This document shows positions 56,213 through 64,000 of a DNA stretch of 64,000 nt, one piece after another. The stretch lies in the IMG/VR virus record IMGVR_UViG_3300033074_000984. One strand, 5' to 3'. Positions within the stretch are counted from its first letter, which is position 1; each line of letters begins with the position of its first letter. Under the pieces are notes generated by a model. The model was not told the origin of the DNA. It saw nothing but the letters and a program-made list of their open reading frames with translations, and did no database searches. The translations under genes and the position numbers were made by a program. Source of the DNA: a virus (Duplodnaviria; Caudoviricetes).

Positions 56213-59200
56213 ATGGCCCTTCACGTCATAGTACTTACCAGCGGCAACACAGCAGCTGTACCCAGCAACTGGAACAGCGGTAACAACTCTGTCGAGGTCA
56301 TCGGCGTCGGAGGCACCGGATACGGCGGAGGCACCGGTGGCGGTGGCGGTGGCGGTGGCGCTTACGCCAAGACGACAAACCTCTCAGCTACGCCTGGTGG
56401 AACGTTCTATCTAAGCATACCGTCTGGCGGCTCTCAAACCGCCGCATGGCTGTCAACTACTGGTAGCGCGCCGGGCAATTCGAGCCAGGGCGTACTGGCT
56501 GACTACGGTCGTAACGCTACTAGCTCTACTAGAGCTGTCGGCGGACTAAACACAAACTCTATAGGCAGCGTAACATACTCCGGCGGCTCTGGTGGAAACG
56601 GCGGCAGCTCGTCTCAGGGAGGCGGCGGTGGAGGCGGCGCTGCAGGTAGCTCTGGCGCAGGAAAGAACGGCGGAGTAAACAACTCCACTGGCGGAGGCGG
56701 CGGTGGTGGCTCTAACGGAGGGTCATCTACTGACGGCTCGTCATCTTCTAGCGGTGGCGCTGGTGGAGCAGGCACCGGCGGCGGAGGAGGGGGCGGATCG
56801 GGCGCCTCAGGAAGCTCTGGAGGCGGCGGCGGCGGTGGTGGTGCCGCCGCCGCAGGTGGAGCTGGTGGCTCAGACGTAACTCTAGACGGCTCCAGTGCTG
56901 GATCCGGCGGCGGCGGCGGTGGAGGCGGCTCTTCTTTTGGTGCCGGCCACGCTGGTGGCGCTGGTGGTGGATACGGCGGCGGCGGTGGTGGTGCCGGCGC
57001 CAGCAAGTCCTCGAACGGCACTGGCGGCGTAGGCGCACAAGCCGTGATCGTCATCACCTATGACGACTCTGTGGCGCTCTCGTCTAGCTCTCTTACGACA
57101 TCGTCGCCGTCTATTGGCTCGTCAACTCTTGTGCAGATACACGCGGTATCTACTGACGGACTGACGACTGAGGGGCTGTCGCTCGGCACCGTCGGTCCTG
57201 AGTTCTGGGCGGACGCCTACGACCCGTTCACGCTGTCTGACGACGGCTGGATCTTCTACGAGTACCAAGACGCGAACCCGACCATAGTCGAGATCGTGTT
57301 CTATAACTTCACCACTGCGGGAGTGACGACTTCTAGCCCGGCACTCGGCAGCGCGTCAGTGGGACAGGTTCACGCTCTAGCTGCGACCGGCAAGGCCATC
57401 TCGTCTCCAGCGATCGGTGCGTCATCTGTCGGCCAGGTACACGCGTTCACTGGAGCCTCTTTAACTACGGGCTCGCCTGTCATCGGCCCGTCAGCTCTGG
57501 GTCAGGTACACACCCTCGCAGGCACGTCTCTCTCGAGAGGCTCTCCTGCGATAGCGTCCGCGACTGTTGGTCAGGTGCAAGGCCTGACTGGAGCCTCGAT
57601 CGCTACGAGCTCGCCGGTCATCGGCTCGTCTGCGGTGGCGCAAACGCATGGACTGACGAGCACGTCCCTCGCTACGACGTCACCGACCCTGGCGTCTCCT
57701 AGCGCAGTAATATACGCGACGATCACGGCCACGTCTCTTAGTAGAGGCTCGCCGGTTATTGGGTCGCCGTCAGCAACGATATATGCAACGCTGTCAGCCG
57801 CCTCTCTCGACAGAGGAGCGCCGGTCCTCGGCTCAGCTTCAGCGACGATATACGCCACAGCAGCGGCCACTGGTCTAGCAACCAGTTCACCGGTCATAGG
57901 CTCGTCAGTCATCGCGCAGACGCATGGACTTACGAGCGCGTCTCTCTCGAGAGGCTCTCCGGTCATCTCCTCAGCAGTTGTAGGACAGGTTCACTCTGTC
58001 GCAACTACTGCCTCTACTATCGGCTCACCAGTCATCGGCTCGGCTACGGTGGCACAGACGCACTCTGTCTCTGCAGCCGGTCTGTCAACCGGCTCTCCGA
58101 CCATCGAAGATGCAGACGCAGTGGTGTACGCTGTGGCTGGCGGTGCATCTGTAGCGACGTCGTCCCCCGCTCTCGGTTCGCCGTCACTGACACAGACGCA
58201 CGGCCTCAGTGCTACGTCACTGACCACTGCAGGCGCTGTGCCTGGAATAGCTACAGTCGCCGCTGCTGGAGACTTTATAAGCGACCCACTGGTAATAGTG
58301 GCGCTCTCAATAGAGACGGCGACGATCGCCCAGACTCACGAGCTTGCTAGCGAGTCGCTCGTGACGAGCTCGCCTGTCAGTGAAGACGCGTCACTGAGAC
58401 AGACCCATGCGATCTTGGCGTCTGCTCTCGCGTCAGGACAACCCTCCGTCACGGACGCCGTTATCCAGCAGGCTCACGCACTCTCTACAGGCGCTGTAGA
58501 GCTCTCTTCAACGTCGATACAAGACAGCGATCTCAGTCAGACCCATGACCTCGAAGCGACTTCAGTCGCTACAGCGTCGCCGGCACTTGACGCAGCAGAG
58601 CTGATTCGTCGAGCGCTCCTTAGCGCTGACTCTGTATCGATCGAGCCTGTCTCCGTCAGCTCTCCAACGATTGCCCAGATCAACGGGCTCGTAAGCGCGG
58701 GCGTCTCGATCGGCTCAGTCGTCGTAGACGAGTCAATCGTCAAGCAGACTCACAGCCTCTACGGAGACGAGCTCTCTGTCCAAAGCGCAGTGATAACGAG
58801 CGCTGCCCCAGTAACAATCTCTGTCATAGAGCCTGTTGGGTTAGAAACAGCTGCGCCGCAGATACAAGAGCCGACTGTCGCTCAGATCCATGCGATCTCT
58901 GCTACGAGCTTCGCTACGTCTGAGCTCGCAATAGGCGTCCCTGCTGTTGGCCAGAACTACTACGTCGTCGCTGACCCTCTCAGCGTCACTCCGTCGTTCG
59001 ACGAGCCGTCTGTGTGTCAGACGCACGAGCTCTTAGCGGATCCTACGATCTGCTCCTCACCGGCCATAGACGCTCCTATCATAAAGGAGCTCTCTTACTC
59101 TCCGCCGGCCACCAGAAGCACAGTTACGATAGGCGCTGACAAGACGTCTCGCGTCACAGAGGTCGTGTCAGACCGTTCGCTCGCTGCGCTAACCTCCTCC

Positions 59201-59392
59201 TCGCCCTCAAAAGCCAGCCTAGCGCAAAGCTCTTCGACAAAAAGCGTGAGTGCGATAGACGGTGACAATACGTCTCAGGTCACAAGAGCTGCGCAAGAGC
59301 GCTCGTTCGCTGCATTAATAGCCTCTATGTCATCCAAAACGCGTTTGTCGCGAAGCTCTTCGACAAGAAGCAGCGTCACTCTGCCTAAATAG
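56213..59392 (+). CDS. Long fibre protein: Gly-rich N-domain plus ~25-aa QxH repeats
   Basis: GGGGGGAY Gly-rich domain; many Q(T/V)H.L...SL.T.SPVIG repeats. Confidence 0.7.
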   Translation: MALHVIVLTSGNTAAVPSNWNSGNNSVEVIGVGGTGYGGGTGGGGGGGGAYAKTTNLSATPGGTFYLSIPSGGSQTAAWLSTTGSAPGNSSQGVLADYGRNATSSTRAVGGLNTNSIGSVTYSGGSGGNGGSSSQGGGGGGGAAGSSGAGKNGGVNNSTGGGGGGGSNGGSSTDGSSSSSGGAGGAGTGGGGGGGSGASGSSGGGGGGGGAAAAGGAGGSDVTLDGSSAGSGGGGGGGGSSFGAGHAGGAGGGYGGGGGGAGASKSSNGTGGVGAQAVIVITYDDSVALSSSSLTTSSPSIGSSTLVQIHAVSTDGLTTEGLSLGTVGPEFWADAYDPFTLSDDGWIFYEYQDANPTIVEIVFYNFTTAGVTTSSPALGSASVGQVHALAATGKAISSPAIGASSVGQVHAFTGASLTTGSPVIGPSALGQVHTLAGTSLSRGSPAIASATVGQVQGLTGASIATSSPVIGSSAVAQTHGLTSTSLATTSPTLASPSAVIYATITATSLSRGSPVIGSPSATIYATLSAASLDRGAPVLGSASATIYATAAATGLATSSPVIGSSVIAQTHGLTSASLSRGSPVISSAVVGQVHSVATTASTIGSPVIGSATVAQTHSVSAAGLSTGSPTIEDADAVVYAVAGGASVATSSPALGSPSLTQTHGLSATSLTTAGAVPGIATVAAAGDFISDPLVIVALSIETATIAQTHELASESLVTSSPVSEDASLRQTHAILASALASGQPSVTDAVIQQAHALSTGAVELSSTSIQDSDLSQTHDLEATSVATASPALDAAELIRRALLSADSVSIEPVSVSSPTIAQINGLVSAGVSIGSVVVDESIVKQTHSLYGDELSVQSAVITSAAPVTISVIEPVGLETAAPQIQEPTVAQIHAISATSFATSELAIGVPAVGQNYYVVADPLSVTPSFDEPSVCQTHELLADPTICSSPAIDAPIIKELSYSPPATRSTVTIGADKTSRVTEVVSDRSLAALTSSSPSKASLAQSSSTKSVSAIDGDNTSQVTRAAQERSFAALIASMSSKTRLSRSSSTRSSVTLPK
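59384..59391 (+). promoter_or_regulatory. T4-type late promoter
   Basis: CCTAAATA before gp13. Confidence 0.55.
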
Positions 59393-59407
59393 AAATCGGA
59401 GCAAGAC

Positions 59408-60376
59408 ATGACACCAACAACTAGAGACGAGTTCAAGAAGTTCTGCCTCAGACAGCTCGGACACGGAGTCATCAAGGTGAACGTGTCACCAGAGCAGGTT
59501 GACGACTGTGTAGACATGGCTCTTACTCGATTCGCCGACTATCACTTCGACGCGTCGGAGTACACCTTCTATAAGTACCTCGTAGAGGAGAGCAACAAGC
59601 CCGATCGAGTCTACGTCGCCACCGTAGACGAGGGCGGATCAGGATACGCCAACAACGAGCCGCTTGTCTTCTCCGACCCTCGAGGCTCGGGCGCTGCCGG
59701 CTACGTGACGACTGACAGCTCTGGCAAGATCACGAGCGCGACGATCACCGCCTCTGGCGACTCCTACTTCAGTGACCCTACTACGACGATAGACACCGTC
59801 GCTGGCACTGGCGGCGTGGTCCGTGGAGAGCTCGGTGGCTGGGTGCCCATGCCAGACAACGCTCTGGGAGTCGTTGACCTGTTTGACATGGGCTCTGAGA
59901 CCGGCGTAAACAACATCTTCAACATCCGGTACCAGATCGCCCTCAACGACCTGTACACGCTGACGTCTGTCTCAATGGTGCCGTTCTACATGGCCATGCA
60001 GCACGTACAGTTCCTCGAGATGATGCTTGTTGGCAAGAAGCCGCTGAGGTATAACCGGTACCGTAACCGACTCTACATCGACATGGACTGGTCAATCACA
60101 ACTACGGGCACCATCATCGCAGCTAAGGCGTATCGAGTGATTGACCCAAACGAGTGCCGTAAGGTCTGGTCAGACTACTGGCTCCAGAAGTACTCTGTAC
60201 AGCTGATAAAGCGCGTATGGGGAACGAACCTCAGCAAGTACGCTCAGGTGCCAGGGCCGGGCGGCGTGATGCTCAACTCAGACAAGATATTCAACGACGC
60301 AACTGCAGAGATAGAGAAGCTCGAGTACGAACTGGTGAACAGCTGGTCTCTTCCCGCCATAGACATGATCGGATGA
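59408..60376 (+). CDS. 13: Neck protein gp13
   Basis: PTTR.EFK..CLR.LG..VI.VNV..EQV.DCVD, DYHFD, IKR.WG.NLSKY and PGGVMLN. Confidence 0.93.
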   Translation: MTPTTRDEFKKFCLRQLGHGVIKVNVSPEQVDDCVDMALTRFADYHFDASEYTFYKYLVEESNKPDRVYVATVDEGGSGYANNEPLVFSDPRGSGAAGYVTTDSSGKITSATITASGDSYFSDPTTTIDTVAGTGGVVRGELGGWVPMPDNALGVVDLFDMGSETGVNNIFNIRYQIALNDLYTLTSVSMVPFYMAMQHVQFLEMMLVGKKPLRYNRYRNRLYIDMDWSITTTGTIIAAKAYRVIDPNECRKVWSDYWLQKYSVQLIKRVWGTNLSKYAQVPGPGGVMLNSDKIFNDATAEIEKLEYELVNSWSLPAIDMIG

Positions 60377-60422
60377 CTGACATACTTTGTATATATATAC
60401 CTCATCAGCTGATGGAGGTACT

Positions 60423-61256
60423 ATGTCGGGGTTTGTCTATATCTGGCGCGATCGAAAGCATGCGCGCTACTACATTGGTTCCCACTGGGGCGATGAAGAC
60501 GACGGTTACGTCTGTAGCTCCAAGTGGATGATGCAAGCATATAAACGTCGTCCCCAAGACTTTAAGCGAAAGATTCTAGCTAGAATCGATTTGTCCCGTA
60601 AAGATCTTTTAGTAGAAGAAGCACGATGGCTCTCTATGATAAAGCCACAGGAGATCAAGAAACGCTACTACAACATCAACATAGGAAAAATTGGACATTG
60701 GATAGCGTCGGTCTCCAGCGAAAACGTATCCGAGACGATCAGTGCACGCACTAAAGCAGCCATGGCTCGCCCCGAAGTTCGTGCACGCTATGAAGCAGGG
60801 TTAGCGAAGCGTAATAATCACTCAAGTGACCCAAAAGTCAGAGCTAAGCGTTCCGCCTCCATGAAGGCTACTATGGCCGCCAAGTATGGAGAGCTTCGAG
60901 CCGCCAAGGCCCTTCTGCCTAGCGGGCCAGCATTCGGGTCTGAGGAGTACAGAGCAGCGCTGTCTGAGTCTTGCAAGCTCGCATGGAAAGACCCTTCTAG
61001 GTTGGAAAAGTCATCTTCCAAGCTTCGAGGCAGACGCTGGTGGAATGACGGCACTAAGAACACCTTCCAGGTAGAAACGCCTGGTATAGGATGGCGTTCT
61101 GGACGACTCTCGAGCTACAAGCCCACCAGGGAGCACGTCGAGAAGATCGCAACATCCAACAGGAGACAGAAGCGCTCAGCGACAGCCAAGATGAAGATGG
61201 GCATGTCCGCAAAGTGTCGCGCTAATAAATATACAGAAACACCTTCTCTATTATAG
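60423..61256 (+). mobile_element. Free-standing GIY-YIG homing endonuclease gene 2
   Basis: GFVYIWRD...YYIGSHWG.EDDGY, YYNIN and RWWNDG; lower GC; GGAGG RBS. Confidence 0.88.
61224..61231 (+). promoter_or_regulatory. T4-type late promoter
   Basis: AATAAATA upstream of the 61264 ORF. Confidence 0.55.
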
Positions 61257-61263
61257 GCTAGCG

Positions 61264-61734
61264 ATGATCGGCTTCAAAGAGTTCCAGCTGTACGAGAAGC
61301 TCCTCGACGCAGAGGACAAGCTGTATCACGTCTCGACCGGCACTGAGATGAACGCTCTTCACAAGAAGCTCGGCGACCTCCGCGGCATCCACTCAAAGAA
61401 GCACGGCACCTTCGTGTGGCGAGCGTACGACGCTACGCATGACGAGATGGCTAATCGCATAGAGAAGAAGCGCGGGATAACGTTGCAGCGAAGCAGTCAC
61501 GAGAGGTTCGACCCGAGCTCCGACACTCACTCCTTCTACGTAGACCGCGATCCAGGCCACGGAAGAGTGGCCGCATGGTCTCACCACAACTCGAACTCCC
61601 ACAAGGGAGACGAGCACGAGAGGGTCGCCGCTGCGGCTCACGAGGACCTGAAGAAGCGACTGTCAAGCGGGCGCGTTCACGTCGAGCGTCCGACGATAGA
61701 CGACGAGGAAGAAGACAAGAAGGGATGGTACTGA
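61264..61734 (+). CDS. Putative internal head protein
   Basis: N-terminus MIGFKEFQLYE resembles the T4 capsid-targeting sequence. Confidence 0.5.
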   Translation: MIGFKEFQLYEKLLDAEDKLYHVSTGTEMNALHKKLGDLRGIHSKKHGTFVWRAYDATHDEMANRIEKKRGITLQRSSHERFDPSSDTHSFYVDRDPGHGRVAAWSHHNSNSHKGDEHERVAAAAHEDLKKRLSSGRVHVERPTIDDEEEDKKGWY

Positions 61735-61735
61735 G

Positions 61736-62461
61736 TTGCCTTACAACCCGTTCTTCGACCAGTTAGAGAACGAGCCTGAACAGAACCTCTACTCTGACCT
61801 TTTTGAAGAGTCGATAGAGGTCATGGGCGACGTCATGGAGTACCTGCCAAGAAGACAGGGCTCGTACGACAAGCTACTCGGCGAGGACCCGCGCGCATAC
61901 TTCGACACGGCGCGAACTGTTCCGGTGTACCTCGAGAACTTCGACTCTTTCAGGGGCGACCGGACGTTCATATCCAAGTTCGGTGTAGAGATTCGAGACC
62001 AGATAGTGCTCATCATATCTCGCGCCATGTTCGAGAGAGAGGTCGGCCAGCCAGAGGGCTTCTCGAGACCTCGCGAGGGAGACCTGTTCTACTTCGGTAA
62101 GAACGGCAAGTGCTTCGAGATCAAGTACGTCGACTATACCACGCCGTTCTACCCGCTCGGCAGCCTGCCAGGCTTCAGACTGACGTGCGAGCTGTACGAG
62201 TACTCTGACGAACGATTCGAGACTGGCATAGACGAGATCGACTCGATTCAGACGAGACTCAGCACTGACGTGCTCGCTAGAGCCGTGCGCGACGAGAGCG
62301 GAGAGGTGCTGACAGACGAGAACGGCTTGCCAGTCGTAACAGAGGGAGCCGACCTGGCCGACGTCGACCCGACAGCGGACAACTTCAGCATTCAGCAAAC
62401 AGCTAACACCTACATCAACTTCAACGAGGCTGACCCGTTCAATGACGGCGAGACGTACTAG
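61736..62461 (+). CDS. 14: Neck protein gp14
   Basis: NPFF, EQ.L..DL..ESI...G....YLPR, SKFG.EIRD, RPREGDL.YF and CELYEYS.ERF.TG. Confidence 0.93.
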   Translation: MPYNPFFDQLENEPEQNLYSDLFEESIEVMGDVMEYLPRRQGSYDKLLGEDPRAYFDTARTVPVYLENFDSFRGDRTFISKFGVEIRDQIVLIISRAMFEREVGQPEGFSRPREGDLFYFGKNGKCFEIKYVDYTTPFYPLGSLPGFRLTCELYEYSDERFETGIDEIDSIQTRLSTDVLARAVRDESGEVLTDENGLPVVTEGADLADVDPTADNFSIQQTANTYINFNEADPFNDGETY

Positions 62462-62470
62462 GAGATCCGA

Positions 62471-63304
62471 GTGCTAGGAGAGGGCTTCTACTTTCACGAC
62501 ACGTTAAGACGCAGCGCTGCGCTGTTCGGCACCCTCTTCAATGAGATCTACATCCAGAGAGACTCTGGAGACGCGAACGGCAGCCAGCTGGTCCGCGTGC
62601 CACTCGTGTACTCTAACAAGGACAAGATGCTCGCGCGCGTCTACGCAGACCCAGACCTAGACAAGCCGGCCGCCATCGTGCTTCCGAGAATGGCGTTCGA
62701 GCAGAACGGGTTCGTCGTAGACAAGGCGCGACGGCTACCGACTCTTAACAGGTTCGTGAGCATGTACGCTCCCGACGCTAACAAGCTCTACACCGCTTAC
62801 AGCCCTGTGCCAATCACGGTGACCTACAGGCTGTACGTCGCCGTAAAAAACGTCTCAGACGGCAACAAGATAGTTGAGCAGATCGTGCCGTACTTCACGC
62901 CAGACCTTACGATGTCTGTTCAGCTCATAGACGAGATTGATCGGCTCTTCGACGTAGCTGTCGTGTTGAAAGAGCCTGTCACCTACGAGGACTCGTTCTC
63001 GGGACCTCTAGAACAGCGAAGGACCGTCATCTACACGCTGACGTTCGACCTCGAGACGTACCTGTTCGGACCGGTGAAGCCGAAGCCGATCATCAAGTTC
63101 TCGACGACGCGCTACTGGGCTGGCGGCGCGGGCGAGACGGTCGCTGACGCCGTTGCGAACTCGTCAATGGGATACGCGACGCACGCCCAGCCAGGACTCA
63201 CAGCTAACGGAGAGCCGGCGTACTCTGCCAGCGACTCCGTGGACCCCAACGTCATCTACGCAAACTCCGACTTCGGCTATATATACACTTCAAACGCGTA
63301 TTAA
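62471..63304 (+). CDS. 15: Tail sheath stabilizer / terminator gp15
   Basis: YFH.TLR....FGTLFN.I, VPL.Y..K.K.LAR, LPRM.FE, IVEQIVPYFTP and YLFGPV. Confidence 0.93.
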   Translation: MLGEGFYFHDTLRRSAALFGTLFNEIYIQRDSGDANGSQLVRVPLVYSNKDKMLARVYADPDLDKPAAIVLPRMAFEQNGFVVDKARRLPTLNRFVSMYAPDANKLYTAYSPVPITVTYRLYVAVKNVSDGNKIVEQIVPYFTPDLTMSVQLIDEIDRLFDVAVVLKEPVTYEDSFSGPLEQRRTVIYTLTFDLETYLFGPVKPKPIIKFSTTRYWAGGAGETVADAVANSSMGYATHAQPGLTANGEPAYSASDSVDPNVIYANSDFGYIYTSNAY

Positions 63305-63314
63305 GGAGAGCAGT

Positions 63315-63992
63315 TTGAAGCACGGCTTCGTTTACATCTGGAGAGACCGAAAGCATAAGAGGCACTACATAGGAGTACATTGGGGACGAGAAGATGACGG
63401 CTACGTCTGCTCTTCTAGCTGGATGACGCAAGCCTATAAACGTAGGCCAGCAGACTTCAAGCGAAAGATATTAAGACGCGTTGACACCAAAGAGGAGCTC
63501 TTCAAAGAAGAAGCGAGATGGCTGTCAATGATTCAAACGAGCGAACTTAAAACGAAGTACTACAACTTAAACATTAACTTAAAACATTGGCGCACAGGTG
63601 AAGACGCTGAAACCATGCGTGAAAAAATAAGCAGAACTACACGCGAAGCTATGGCTAAGCCGGTCACGCGCCAAAAATTTCTAGACAGCCGAAAGCAGAT
63701 GAGCTCTACTATCAGAAAAACTCTTGCTATAAAATACGCAGACGTACGAACCGCGAGAGTTCATATAAAGAGAAGAGGAAAGAGGGGTACGCTAAGTCAC
63801 AGGATCGCTATGAGCTCAGACGTGAAAGCGATGTGGAAAACGGAAGAGTATCGTAATAAGCAGCTCTCCTCACGAAAAGGACTTCGTTGGTGGACTGACG
63901 GCGCGACTAACACTCGTTCAACATCGCCTCCAAGCAAAGAGTGGCGACTTGGAAGAACTAAACAGTCAAAGAGAGATACAGAGATCTACTAA
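63315..63992 (+). mobile_element. Free-standing GIY-YIG homing endonuclease gene 3
   Basis: TTG start after AAGGAG; GFVYIWRD...HYIG.HWG.EDDGY, YYNLN and RWWTDG; AT-rich. Confidence 0.88.
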
Positions 63993-64000
63993 TGAACAAC

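Noticed and set aside
56614-57057. Proline-rich minus-strand ORF
   Set aside because: Antisense of poly-Gly codons in the fibre gene

Overview
This is a 64-kb piece of a large, GC-rich T4-like (gp33/gp55-type) myovirus genome. The host is probably an alphaproteobacterium, because the window carries a permuted two-piece tmRNA with an ANDN...AA tag. 1-15 kb: early/accessory genes on the + strand, including a PD-(D/E)xK exonuclease, methionine aminopeptidase, DUF932, a small alarmone hydrolase, a metallophosphoesterase, the tmRNA, gp33 and many small ORFs. 15-16.7 kb: gp59 and gp32. 16.7-25.7 kb (- strand): two large multi-enzyme virion/hub proteins, a holin-like ORF, gp51, gp26, gp54 and gp2. 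25.7-64 kb (+ strand): the late module, with gp4, gp48, gp53, a gp27-like hub, gp5 split over separate ORFs, gp25, gp6, gp7, gp8, a VrlC-like 2030-aa protein, fibre genes, gp13, gp14, gp15 and three GIY-YIG homing endonucleases. Most notable: (1) a radical SAM/SPASM plus U32-like pair sitting directly in front of a fibre gene with YAYG repeats; (2) a ~180-nt highly structured intervening segment inside the tmRNA gene; (3) three tail-collar proteins, each with a 6-blade Kelch propeller inserted into the collar; (4) hub proteins carrying M15 peptidase, esterase-like, SleB-like and twin GcrA-like domains; (5) three paralogous ~53-aa membrane peptides missed by the ORF track. All family calls come from motif recognition by eye; no searches were run.
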